This document shows positions 51,142 to 60,763 of a stretch of DNA of 64,000 nt, in pieces. The DNA is from Candidatus Chewarchaeum aethiopicum (GTDB lineage Archaea; Halobacteriota; Halobacteria; Halobacteriales; Hikarchaeaceae). Location of the stretch: the NCBI GenBank assembly GCA_034190395.1, contig JAXINS010000017.1, positions 36,179 through 100,178 on the forward strand. Reading direction: 5' to 3'. The notes under the pieces were generated by a model that was not told the DNA's origin, made no database searches, and was given only the letters and a program-made list of their open reading frames with translations. The position numbers and the translations under genes are program-made. How positions within the stretch are numbered: the first letter of the stretch is position 1; every line of letters begins with the position of its first letter.

Positions 51142-52560
51142 TCACCCCGCCACGAACGGCGGTGAGTTGTACGGTTGGGCGACGATCCACATGCTGACTA
51201 TCGTATAGAAGATCATGATGACGATAAACGGATATTGGCTCCGGATCGGCTGGAGCCGACCGGGAAGGAAATCAAACGCGATCGCATGCGAGAGCCAGAT
51301 CGCAAGGAGATGCCCCCCAACAACGAAGACAAGCCCGAGGCTGCCGAACCAATCGGGCAGGACCAAGGCCCGTGGCGGGGGCGCACCACCGAGTGGATGG
51401 GGTAACACGCCGATCAGAACGGTCGACAGCCCCAGAAAATACCCCAGGAAGTGAGCGAGATGATAGCCGGCCGCGATCGGCAACAGCGACGGGATAAAGC
51501 GTCGTTCGATGGCGTCGGCCGTCACGTAGGTGTCGGCCGTTCCGCGGGCCCAGCGGGCCGCCACCCGATAGAGCGTCAAAAACAGCCAGAACCCAGCGGC
51601 GATGCCGAGCAAATAAACGAGTAATGCCGGCACGCCGAGCCCAACGACGAGCCGGGCGACCGCCGCCCAGGCCGACGTCGAGACCAGCCCGTCATAGGTC
51701 GTCGCCCAGAGCAACGCGATCACGAAGGGGACGTGTTCGCGTTTGATGCTGACGTCGCTGACGAGCGTACTGCCTGGCAAGCTCCAGGAGAGACCGTCAT
51801 CGGTCCGCTGGATCGGGGCGAGGCGACCGTACCAGCGAAACACCTTGCTGACGGGATCGACCCGATCGAACCAGACGTCCGGCCCGTAGATAGCAGCGCC
51901 AAGCAAGGTGGCAACCGTGTAGGCGATGATGGCACTGGCAAGCAGGCGTGGGGCGGTCGCGACAGGACTGACGACCTCGAACCAGACCAAGCCCAACAGC
52001 CCGACGACGCTGGGCCAGACACCCAATCGCTCGGGATAAGTGAACTCACCGACCCGAGGCAGATACTGTGCGATCGTCCGCCAGGGATTGATCGCCGGCC
52101 AGGTATTGCCCACCAGGTAGATCGACATCGTATAGCCGGCCCACCAACCGGCCCACACGACGAGGATCGCGAAGTTCAACAGTGCCGACCGGGGACCGAA
52201 CAACCCGCTCAGTAGCACAAGCCCGAGCCCGAGCACACCGACGATCCGGGCCAGCCCGACGACGCCCCCGGCGAGGGAAGTCGGTAGCGACAACGCAAAC
52301 TCCCGGCGGTTGATCGCCTGAATCGTCTCGTGGTCGGTCATAAAACTCGCGAAGAGAAACGAGGCACCGACTACCCCACCGCCAGTGATGATCGTCAACC
52401 ACGACGGCACTGTCGTCGTTCGAGCCGCCCCGCCAAGCGCCCCGACGTGGGCCCTCACCGGAATCGCCAGGCCGGCGATGATCACGCTGGCGAACAGCAA
52501 CCGCCGACCAATGGATAGCAGGCGGGTTGTACGGAACGATGGGGGACGACGCGGTGACAT
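51142..52560 (-). CDS. Conserved polytopic membrane protein (FedB-like)
   Basis: GGGVVGASF, W..INPW, TYDG, SLLPIAAGYHLAH, SQYPF...M..YT. Start uncertain. Confidence 0.75.
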   Translation of the reverse strand: MSPRRPPSFRTTRLLSIGRRLLFASVIIAGLAIPVRAHVGALGGAARTTTVPSWLTIITGGGVVGASFLFASFMTDHETIQAINRREFALSLPTSLAGGVVGLARIVGVLGLGLVLLSGLFGPRSALLNFAILVVWAGWWAGYTMSIYLVGNTWPAINPWRTIAQYLPRVGEFTYPERLGVWPSVVGLLGLVWFEVVSPVATAPRLLASAIIAYTVATLLGAAIYGPDVWFDRVDPVSKVFRWYGRLAPIQRTDDGLSWSLPGSTLVSDVSIKREHVPFVIALLWATTYDGLVSTSAWAAVARLVVGLGVPALLVYLLGIAAGFWLFLTLYRVAARWARGTADTYVTADAIERRFIPSLLPIAAGYHLAHFLGYFLGLSTVLIGVLPHPLGGAPPPRALVLPDWFGSLGLVFVVGGHLLAIWLSHAIAFDFLPGRLQPIRSQYPFIVIMIFYTIVSMWIVAQPYNSPPFVAG

Positions 52561-52750
52561 GGCAATGACAGCGAATAGCCGCAATCGCAGGCGAGCGAAC
52601 CGCTCTGCTATCGAACTCTTCCGGCGCGACCGGAAAGAGCCCATCGATACGGGGCCAGCATCGCGAGTCGCGAGGCTTCGAAGCTGACGGTCGACGGCGG
52701 ACGAATCGACGGACGTCGACGAGCGACGTGGCCGTCGGGAGGACGGACGA

Positions 52751-53215
52751 TTACCCGCCGGCCATGACGAGCTTCAACGCGAGGGCGGCAAGGAACAGCA
52801 TAGCGACAACCCACGAGCCAACCGCGACCGCCATGGAGTTGGCGAGTCCACGGGATCGAGCGGCCAGATACGTGCCGGCGAAGATGTAAATCGTAAACAA
52901 CAGGCCAAAGAGCCCGCCGATGAGCAGACCCAGCGTGCCCTGAAGCGCCGAGGGAACCGAAACCCAGCCAGCAAAGACCAGGGTCGCGCCACCGAACAAC
53001 AGGATCGTGACGACGAACGCCAGTGTCCACCCCATCGGATCGCGAGCGAGCTTCACGAGTCCGTCGGCCACGGCGCTGCTGAATCCGCCGGCGCCGCCAT
53101 CACCACCGCCATGGGGGGTGGGACTCGCTCGCCATGCTCGCAGCCGCATAATCAGAACGGCGACCGCAAGGACGATCGCCCCCATCAGTAGTGTGCTGGT
53201 GACCAGTGTCGCCAT
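52751..53215 (-). CDS. Hypothetical four-TM membrane protein
   Basis: Hydrophobic ORF with a TTTAAG TATA upstream. Confidence 0.7.
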   Translation of the reverse strand: MATLVTSTLLMGAIVLAVAVLIMRLRAWRASPTPHGGGDGGAGGFSSAVADGLVKLARDPMGWTLAFVVTILLFGGATLVFAGWVSVPSALQGTLGLLIGGLFGLLFTIYIFAGTYLAARSRGLANSMAVAVGSWVVAMLFLAALALKLVMAGG

Positions 53216-53385
53216 CGTTGCGTCCCTTCTAGCTGTGACTTCCCGTCCACACGCTTAAAGGTTCAAGATCGGATCGGTCGAGTGTCCGCTCACAAACAGG
53301 ATCCACCACCGGTGGTGGTTCCAGCGAGACACGAACCTCGGCTGTGGACAACAATTACTTAGCGGGGGATCGGCTATCTTCGGTA

Positions 53386-54636
53386 ATGAGCCAGCAGGAG
53401 GAGCGTGGCGACGACCGACAAAAATACGAGTTTCAGCGGGTCATCGAGGACCTCCGCCAATATGAGGGCTCGGGGACACAGCTCGTAACGATCTATGTGC
53501 CCCCCGACACCCAGATCTCCGATGTCGTCCAACACGTCACCCAGGAACACTCCGAAGCGTCGAACATCAAATCGAAGGCGACACGAACGAACGTCCAGGA
53601 TGCCCTCTCGAGTATCAAATCCCGTCTGCGGTATTACGACAGCCCGCCGGAAAACGGGATGGTGTTGTTCTCGGGGGCGGTCGATTCGGGCGGCGGCCAA
53701 ACCGACATGGTGACCGAAGTCCTCGAGGATCCCCCCCAGCCGATCCAGTCGTTCCGGTATCACTGTGACGCCCAGTTCCTGACCGAACCCTTAGAGGAGA
53801 TGCTCGCCGACAAGGGGTTGTATGGGCTGATCGTCCTCGATCGCCGCGAGGCGAACATCGGATGGCTGCGGGGCAAACGGGTCGAGCCCGTCAAATCGAC
53901 CACTTCGTTGGTCCCGGGCAAACAGCGCAAAGGGGGCCAGTCAGCCCAGCGGTTCGCCCGACTGCGCCTGGAGGCGATCGATAACTTCTATCAGGAGGTC
54001 GCCGAGATGGCCAACGACCTGTTCGTCCCCGAACGACACGAACTCGATGGGATCCTCGTCGGCGGACCATCCCCAACGAAAGACGAGTTCCTCGATGGCG
54101 ATTACCTCCACCACGAACTCCAGGAGAAGGTCCTCGGGAAGTTCGACATCTCCTATACCGACGAATCGGGGCTGTACGACCTCGTCGACGCCGCCCAAGA
54201 CGCGCTTGCCGACGCCGAGTTGATGGAGGACAAGCGGTTGATGGAGCGGTTCTTCGAGGAACTCCACGACGGCGATCTCGCGACCTACGGGTTCGAACCG
54301 ACCCGCCAGAACCTCGTGATGGGGTCGGTCGAGACCCTGTTGCTCTCGGAGGATCTCCGCGAGGACGTGGTGACCTACACCTGCCCGAACGGCCACGAGG
54401 AACGCGAGGTCATCGGCCGGCGAGAGGAGATCGCCGAACACGAGTGTACCGAATGTGGCGAGACCGTAAGCGCCGACGAGGCCGACCGCGAGGACGTGAT
54501 CGATCACCTCATCGGGATCGCCGAACAGCGCGGGACCGAGACGGTGTTCATCAGCACCGACTTCGAGAAAGGCGATCAGTTGCTCCACGCCTTTGGCGGC
54601 ATCGCCGGCATCCTCCGGTACTCCACGGGCGTCTAA
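53386..54636 (+). CDS. prf1: Peptide chain release factor aRF1
   Basis: NIKS, YHCD, GGQS motifs, Zn-ribbon insertion, FGGIAGILRY. Confidence 0.97.
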   Translation: MSQQEERGDDRQKYEFQRVIEDLRQYEGSGTQLVTIYVPPDTQISDVVQHVTQEHSEASNIKSKATRTNVQDALSSIKSRLRYYDSPPENGMVLFSGAVDSGGGQTDMVTEVLEDPPQPIQSFRYHCDAQFLTEPLEEMLADKGLYGLIVLDRREANIGWLRGKRVEPVKSTTSLVPGKQRKGGQSAQRFARLRLEAIDNFYQEVAEMANDLFVPERHELDGILVGGPSPTKDEFLDGDYLHHELQEKVLGKFDISYTDESGLYDLVDAAQDALADAELMEDKRLMERFFEELHDGDLATYGFEPTRQNLVMGSVETLLLSEDLREDVVTYTCPNGHEEREVIGRREEIAEHECTECGETVSADEADREDVIDHLIGIAEQRGTETVFISTDFEKGDQLLHAFGGIAGILRYSTGV

Positions 54637-54701
54637 TCATCGCCGACGGGGCTTTTCCGACGGACTGGTTCTGTGGTTCGACGATCCGAGTCGGGTGCGT
54701 A

Positions 54702-55895
54702 TCATCCCCGATCGTGGCGTAACGTCCAGAGGATCCCGATCGCCGCGAGAAAGGGCAGGGTAAACCCCGCGAACGCCAGCGTGTAGCTGGCACGTTCGGC
54801 GACGAACCCGACGTACGTCGGACCGAGGCTACCCACGACGAGGTTGGCAGTATTCAGCGCGCCGAAATCGCCACCCATACTGCCGTCAGGGAGTTTACCG
54901 AGAACGTACGCATCCATCGCCGGCCAGAACGAGGCGTTGCCGATCCCAAAGAGCACGACCCCGAGAGCGGCTGCCGGTCGGCCAGGTACGCTAACGAGCG
55001 TAAGCACGCCGAGGACGGCAACGAGTAATCCGGCGCCACCGACGGTCGGGTAGCCAACGCGGTCGCCGAACCCCCCGGCGATCGGATTAACGATCGCCCC
55101 GAGGATGAACAGTCCCGAGAACGTCGCACTCGCCAGCACCGGCGAGAACCCCCGTTCGAGCTGAAGCAGCGTCGGCACGAAGTTGATCCCGCCCTGCCAG
55201 ACGAACCCGACGAGGCCAAAGGCAAGCAAACTCCGTCGGATCGGCCGGGAGCCGGTGAGCCGAGCGAGCGTCGCTTTGAGTTCGAGGTCGATCCGGTCGA
55301 TGCGGTACGGTTGCCGGTTCCAGAAATGCAATAATCCTAAAACACCGACGAGCAGGATCGCGACCGGCAGAAAGGCCAGTCGCCAGGATCCGATCGCCAG
55401 CGCAGCCACCCCCAACGCAGGACCGATGGCACTGCCCAGCGAAAAGGAGGCGCCGTTGATCCCGAGGGCACGACCACGGCGGGCGACAAACAGCGCCGAG
55501 AGTTCCGCAAACGACGTCGGCAGGTACAACCCCTGGCCAATACCGATGACGACGGCACCGACCAACAGGATCGCGTAGGTCGGCGACGCCGTCAGCAACA
55601 AAAAGCCGATGATAAACAACACGTAGGCGGCCGCAAGCACCGTCTTGCGGGTGAGTTCGTCGGCGAGCCGTCCGCCCGGAAACTGCGTGAGCGCGATCCC
55701 GCCGACGGTCGCCGTCACGGCAAAGCCGGCTTCGGTCGGGGTGATCGCAAACGTCTCGATGACCGTCGGCAACAGCGCCGGTAACGCGACCCGACCGGCC
55801 ATATTGAGGACCGTCCCAAGTGCGATGACGCCGAGCATCCGGCCGGGATATCCACTGGTCAATCGCGCCGGGGCCTCCGTCTCAGTCTCCGACAC
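54702..55895 (-). CDS. MFS transporter
   Basis: 12 TM helices, GRLADELTRK and GGFGDRVG. Paralog of 37447..38637. Confidence 0.9.
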   Translation of the reverse strand: MSETETEAPARLTSGYPGRMLGVIALGTVLNMAGRVALPALLPTVIETFAITPTEAGFAVTATVGGIALTQFPGGRLADELTRKTVLAAAYVLFIIGFLLLTASPTYAILLVGAVVIGIGQGLYLPTSFAELSALFVARRGRALGINGASFSLGSAIGPALGVAALAIGSWRLAFLPVAILLVGVLGLLHFWNRQPYRIDRIDLELKATLARLTGSRPIRRSLLAFGLVGFVWQGGINFVPTLLQLERGFSPVLASATFSGLFILGAIVNPIAGGFGDRVGYPTVGGAGLLVAVLGVLTLVSVPGRPAAALGVVLFGIGNASFWPAMDAYVLGKLPDGSMGGDFGALNTANLVVGSLGPTYVGFVAERASYTLAFAGFTLPFLAAIGILWTLRHDRG

Positions 55896-55993
55896 GAACG
55901 GGGAGAAATCGGCCGCCGACTTCAGCGTTTCAATTTGGTGATCGGCCCAACTGACGGTGAACGTTTACGTGATCCGCGGCCGCGGGAACGGAT

Positions 55994-56695
55994 ATGAAAG
56001 CATCGGGCGGGACCGAGGCCGCAAAGCAGGCTGCCGGCGAGGCGGCCGCCGAGGCCGTCGAAGACGGGATGGTCGTCGGACTCGGCAGCGGCAGTACGGC
56101 GGCCTATGCGATCCGTGCCATCGGCGAGCACGTCAACGCCGGGCTCGACATCCAAGGCGTGCCGACATCGTTTCAATCGCGTCGCTTGGCCAAGAACGTC
56201 GGCATTCCGTTACTCGCCCTCGAGGATGTCACCCGGATCGATCTCGCGATCGACGGTGCCGATCAGGTCGCCGACGGCCAGTTGATCAAGGGCGGCGGCG
56301 CAGCCCACACCCGCGAGAAGATCGTCGATACGACTGCTCAGCGGTTTCTTGTCGTCGTCGACGAGACAAAACTCGCGTCGACGCTGTCACATCCCGTGCC
56401 GATCGAAGTGTTGGCGATCGCCCGGATGACGGTCGCCGATCGGCTGGCGGCGCTCGGTGGGGATCCGACCCTCCGTGACGGGACGAACAAGGACGGCCCG
56501 GTCGTGACGGACAACGGCCACCTCGTCATCGATTGTGACTTCGGGACGATCGAGGAACCTGCCAAGCTAGGGACCGAACTCAGCGGCCTCCCCGGGGTCC
56601 TTGAGCACGGACTGTTCGTCGATCTGGCCGACACGATCTACGTTGGAACGGCTGATGGGGTCGAAAGGCGGGAAAGCGGATCCCCTGATCAGTGA
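55994..56695 (+). CDS. rpiA: Ribose-5-phosphate isomerase A
   Basis: GLGSGST, DGADQV, IKGGGAAHTREK, VTDNG, GVLEHGLF. Confidence 0.97.
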   Translation: MKASGGTEAAKQAAGEAAAEAVEDGMVVGLGSGSTAAYAIRAIGEHVNAGLDIQGVPTSFQSRRLAKNVGIPLLALEDVTRIDLAIDGADQVADGQLIKGGGAAHTREKIVDTTAQRFLVVVDETKLASTLSHPVPIEVLAIARMTVADRLAALGGDPTLRDGTNKDGPVVTDNGHLVIDCDFGTIEEPAKLGTELSGLPGVLEHGLFVDLADTIYVGTADGVERRESGSPDQ

Positions 56696-56730
56696 GAGGG
56701 GATCAGCGGTGAAAATCCGATGGAACCGGG

Positions 56731-56898
56731 TTACAGATCGCGCGGCTGGACGGTTTTCCGGCCGTTCGCCTCCGCTCGATCGGCGGCGTCGGCGAGCAAC
56801 TCGGCGACTTCCTCGTCGAGTGCATCATAGAAATCCGAGGAGACGTTCTTGCCTTCGAGCGCTTCTTTCACGGCGGCTTTGACGATAAGGTCTGCCAT
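56731..56898 (-). CDS. DUF1931 small histone-fold protein (55 aa; absent from the ORF track)
   Basis: Hand translation: MADLIVKAAVKEALEGKNVSSDFYDALDEEVAELLADAADRAEANGRKTVQPRDL, with the histone RKTV..RD motif. Confidence 0.92.
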   Translation of the reverse strand: MADLIVKAAVKEALEGKNVSSDFYDALDEEVAELLADAADRAEANGRKTVQPRDL

Positions 56899-57098
56899 AC
56901 GGGGAAAGGTAATCCGAGCCGATTAATAAGACTTCTCAAACGTTGACGCCAAGCCGGCGACTTGGGCCGCCTCGCGGGCGATCCTGGGCGAACTGGGACA
57001 ACGTATTTGTCGGTCGACGATCCGGACCGATGAACCGCCGGATTCCCTTCGTCCTCAGCATCGTCGGCGCTTAATAGGGCCCCGCCGGTAATGGCCGT

Positions 57099-58259
57099 AT
57101 GCTCGATGGAACGAACGTCGTCCTCGGGGTGACCGGCAGCATCGCCGCCGTCAAGACGGTCGAGCTGGCCCACGAGCTTCGCCGGCAGGGGGCGACCGTT
57201 CGGGCGGTGATAACCGACGGCGCCCGCGGGATTATCCATCCGTGGGCGCTCGAGTTCGCGACCGACCGGCCGGTCGTCACCGAGATCACCGGGCAGGTCG
57301 AACACGTCGAGTTCTTCGGGGACGATCCGTGGGCCGACGTATTGCTCATCGCCCCCTCGACGGCAAACACCGTCGGGAAGATCGCCGCCGCCATCGACGA
57401 CACGCCGGTGACGACGTGTGCCACGGTTGCCCTTGGGGCCGATATCCCCGTCGTGATCGCCCCCGCGATGCACGAGCCGATGTACGATCATCCCGGTGTA
57501 CTCGATGCCCTCGATCGACTCGAAGCATGGGGCATCGAGTTCGTCGATCCCCGCGTCGAGGAAGGCAAGGCCAAAATCGCCACCGAGGAGGCGATCACGA
57601 CCGCCGTCGCCCGGGCGGTCGGGCCGGCGCCACTCGCCGGAACCCATGTCGTCGTCACCAGTGGGCCGACCCGCGAGGCGATCGATCCGATCCGGGTGCT
57701 CACGAACCGTTCGTCGGGCAAGACCGGTCGGGCGGTCGCCCGTGCCTGTTACGTCCGGGGTGCGGACGTGACGCTGGTCCAAGCCGACGATGCCGACCCC
57801 CCGTATGCGACGGTCGAACCGGCCGAGCGTACCGCCGACATGGTCGAGGCGGTGTTAGCGGCCGTCGAGGCAAACGACGCGGATGCGGTCATCTCGGCGG
57901 CGGCCCTCGCCGACTATACGGTGACGCCCCGGGAGCAGAAGATCCGGTCGGGCCAACAATTCACCCTCGAATTAGAGCCAACGCCGAAACTGCTCGATCG
58001 GGTCCGGGAAACCTATCCCGATCTCCCGTTGGTGGGGTTCAAGACCGAAACCGATGCCGACGACGAGGCGCTCATCGACGCCGCCAGAGGCGTTCGCGAC
58101 CGGGTCGACGCGGCGTTCGTCGTGGCCAACGACGCGAGCGTGATGCAACGGGACACCACCCGGGTGCTCTTCGTGACGGACACCGATCACGAGGCCTTCG
58201 AGGGCTCGAAGCTGGATCTCGGGACGGCACTCGCCGATCGGCTGGCAGCGGTACTCTAA
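57099..58259 (+). CDS. coaBC: Phosphopantothenoylcysteine decarboxylase/ligase
   Basis: GVTGSIAA, APSTANT, APAMH, TSGPTREAIDPIR..TNRSSGKTG, VGFKTE, VAND. Confidence 0.96.
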   Translation: MLDGTNVVLGVTGSIAAVKTVELAHELRRQGATVRAVITDGARGIIHPWALEFATDRPVVTEITGQVEHVEFFGDDPWADVLLIAPSTANTVGKIAAAIDDTPVTTCATVALGADIPVVIAPAMHEPMYDHPGVLDALDRLEAWGIEFVDPRVEEGKAKIATEEAITTAVARAVGPAPLAGTHVVVTSGPTREAIDPIRVLTNRSSGKTGRAVARACYVRGADVTLVQADDADPPYATVEPAERTADMVEAVLAAVEANDADAVISAAALADYTVTPREQKIRSGQQFTLELEPTPKLLDRVRETYPDLPLVGFKTETDADDEALIDAARGVRDRVDAAFVVANDASVMQRDTTRVLFVTDTDHEAFEGSKLDLGTALADRLAAVL

Positions 58260-58292
58260 GCTCCGCCGGAGAGGACAGCGACACCGCAGTAC

Positions 58293-59048
58293 TTACTCGG
58301 TCCGATTGATCGAAACGGGCGCGTAGTCGGTTTGACACGGCGGGCCGTCGGCAAAGCGGGTGTCGACGGTTCCGTCCTCGTAGAGGAGGTACGTCGAGGA
58401 CGACCGCGTGCCGAAAATATAGCTGTGAATACAGAACCCGTAGACGTGATCCCGAAGCACGTCGGTCGTCCGGTCGAGCCACTCGTGGGCCGATTCGCCC
58501 TCGTCGGGACGGACCGCCTCGAGCGCCCGTCGGGTATTGGCGGCCTGTGCTTCGCCCTCGGCCGATCGTGTCGTCGGGATGGTAAAGCCGTTGCCGACGG
58601 TCGAACCGACGTTGACGACGATGCTCACACCGGGAGACAGCGGCGTGACGGTAAGATCGCCGTCCCACTCGAACAACAAAGCGTCGTCACGATCGGCCAA
58701 CAGGAGATTGAAGCCGGCGAATTCGTACTCCTCGACCTGTGCGTCGACGAATGGCCGGGCCTCGGCGACCGATTCGTAGGTGAGGGCATCCCGAGTGAGC
58801 AGCCCCCGGGAGCGCGTACCGGCGAGTGTGGCGTCGGTCCATCGGTTCGTCACCGCCCCGATGAGGCCGAACTCGTTGTGACCGATCCAAGTCCCCCCGG
58901 CTGTCCGGTCCTGAGGGCCAACGATCCGAGGGTCGTCGTGGAGAACACGAGGGCCAACGGCGGGCCGATCGTAAGCCTCGGTCCGATTTGCAGCCGCCAC
59001 GAACGGGATCTCTTCGAAAACCTGCCAGGCGACGATGATCGTACACAT
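58293..59048 (-). CDS. NRDE/TANGO2 family protein
   Basis: MCT start, AANRTE, GGTWIG, SRGLL, GFNL, GTRSS. Confidence 0.9.
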   Translation of the reverse strand: MCTIIVAWQVFEEIPFVAAANRTEAYDRPAVGPRVLHDDPRIVGPQDRTAGGTWIGHNEFGLIGAVTNRWTDATLAGTRSRGLLTRDALTYESVAEARPFVDAQVEEYEFAGFNLLLADRDDALLFEWDGDLTVTPLSPGVSIVVNVGSTVGNGFTIPTTRSAEGEAQAANTRRALEAVRPDEGESAHEWLDRTTDVLRDHVYGFCIHSYIFGTRSSSTYLLYEDGTVDTRFADGPPCQTDYAPVSINRTE

Positions 59049-59556
59049 TACTCTCTCGTCTCTCGAAGGGGACCGTAAACGTATCCACAGCGAACCAACA
59101 ACGAAGGGAAGATCAAAACCAGGGACAACGGGTATCCGGAGCATCGGAAAACACTCCCTAACGCCACTATATTCCCTCTAAACGATTTTGGGGAACTTTT
59201 TGAGGGAAATTGGGTGAGAATCTGGCAATAATATAAGCCGGATCGGGGACTACCTGATACCGTCGACAAACACCCTGTCGGCGAGATAGCATGCCCGAGT
59301 GTGATTACTGTGGCGCCCATGTCTCAGAGCGATTTGCCCGCGTTTTCGCCGATGAATATGGCCGAATCGGTGCCTGCCCGGACTGTTCAGCCAACGCCGG
59401 GATCGCCGAGGAAGCCCGCCGGCGCAGTCAGGACGCCTGACTGGTCGGCCGCCGCCCACGATCGGCCCTCGAACCCGAAACCGGCCGGCCGTCGGTTGGA
59501 CAAACTATTCTGAACCGAAACATCCGTAGCGATGCCGGAAGTCATCGACAGCTGTC

Positions 59557-59826
59557 GTGACCGATCACTGGGTCTACATCCTCCGGTGCGCCGACGGGAC
59601 GCTGTATACCGGCTATACCACCGATCCCAAGCGTCGCGTCGAGGAACACAACGCCGGTGAAGGCGCGAAATACACCCGTGGTCGGACACCGGTAACGCTC
59701 TGTTATACCGAACGGTACGACTCGAAATCGGCCGCCCTTAGCCGTGAATACGAGATCAAACAGCTCGGTCGTGCGGCCAAAGAACAGCTCATCGACCGAC
59801 AAGGCGACGCCGATGAAGCGACGTAG
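59557..59826 (+). CDS. Stand-alone GIY-YIG nuclease (UPF0213)
   Basis: [35 protein letters not shown]. Confidence 0.92.
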   Translation: MTDHWVYILRCADGTLYTGYTTDPKRRVEEHNAGEGAKYTRGRTPVTLCYTERYDSKSAALSREYEIKQLGRAAKEQLIDRQGDADEAT

Positions 59827-59838
59827 ACGGTCGGTCCA

Positions 59839-60393
59839 CTACCGCTCCGGCGAGTCGACCGGCAGCATTCGATAGCGAGCTTGCCTGACGACCTCTTCGC
59901 CGAGCGATTCGAGCCGGTCGGCGATGTCCTCGTCGATCGGCCGATCGCCCTCGAACTTATCGGAGGCGTTTCGGATCCCGACCTGTTCGGGGACGACGTA
60001 GCCGTGGACCCCCCGGACGGTGATGCGGAGATGATCGAGCGTACTGGCATAGGAGCCGCCGCCGGCGACGGCGATCAATCCAACCGTCGTATCCTCGTAT
60101 TCGTCCCAGCCACAGTAGTCATGGAAGTTCCGGAACGTCGAGGAGTACGATCCGTGATACACCGGTGAGCCCAACAGGACGCCATCGGCCAGCCGGACCC
60201 GTCGTTTCAACGCCACCGATTCCCCCTGTTCGTCCCGATCGGGATGATACAAGGGGAGATCGACATCCCCGAGGTCGATAAAATCGGTTTCGGCTCCGGC
60301 CTCGCGGGCGGTAGCAAGCGCGTACCGAACCGCCCGTCGGGTGTAGCTCTTCGCCCGACGACTACACGAGACACCGGCGATCCGGATCGTCAT
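59839..60393 (-). CDS. NADPH-dependent FMN reductase (flavodoxin-like)
   Basis: DLPLY, ADG..LGSPVYHGSYS..FRN..D, AGG. Confidence 0.9.
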   Translation of the reverse strand: MTIRIAGVSCSRRAKSYTRRAVRYALATAREAGAETDFIDLGDVDLPLYHPDRDEQGESVALKRRVRLADGVLLGSPVYHGSYSSTFRNFHDYCGWDEYEDTTVGLIAVAGGGSYASTLDHLRITVRGVHGYVVPEQVGIRNASDKFEGDRPIDEDIADRLESLGEEVVRQARYRMLPVDSPER

Positions 60394-60430
60394 TGTCCAG
60401 CCTACGAAAGACGGGTGAAAAAACACATCG

Positions 60431-60650
60431 AATTCGGCATAATAGCCCGGTCAACCACCCCGCTCTACTTCGCTTGGGGCTTTTGCCCGTTCGCTCGTTG
60501 CGGGCGGGGCTTGTCCGTGTTCTCGCCCTCGACGGCAGTATTGTTCGATACTGCGTGGGCGGTCAAACCGCGCTCGGACTCATCGTTCCGGACTTCGGGG
60601 CACGTTGACTGGTACCCATCCATCCGAACGGCTGTTGGCTCGGAGGACGT
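60431..60650 (-). ncRNA. Putative TnpB omega/reRNA (sense-overlapping RNA) scaffold plus 3' guide
   Basis: Position over the tnpB tail and right end. Stems GCAGTAT/ATACTGC, GGGC/GCCC, CCCCGC/GCGGGG. Confidence 0.45.
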
Positions 60651-60763
60651 ACTTCAACTACTACCCGAAATCAAATACGTGTCCGGCTTCCTTCCGCCCT
60701 ACTGCGCTTTGTGTCCGCGTTGCGGACTGCGATGCGCCTTGTGGACGGAGACTCGGCCTGCAC
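60450..60763 (-). mobile_element. Non-autonomous miniature IS200/IS605 (IS1341-like) element with tnpB 3' remnant
   Basis: Left-end-like hairpin (CCGTCC..AGTAGGGCGGAAGGAAGCCG) and right-end-like hairpin (AAGCCCCGCCC..AAGTAGAGCGGGGTGGTTGAC) flank a frameshifted TnpB tail (LKYVLR/QQPFGWMGTSQRAPKSGT). Left boundary approximate. Confidence 0.75.

Noticed and set aside
37447..55895. Two similar MFS genes as a recent duplication
   Set aside because: They share only family-level motifs and are divergent paralogs.
59319..59513. 64-codon ORF upstream of the GIY-YIG gene
   Set aside because: Pro/Arg-rich, basic and motif-less. It cannot be supported without homologs, though it fills a 500-bp gap.
59557..59826. 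GIY-YIG protein as a homing endonuclease or mobile element
   Set aside because: Short stand-alone UPF0213 type with no intron or intein context.
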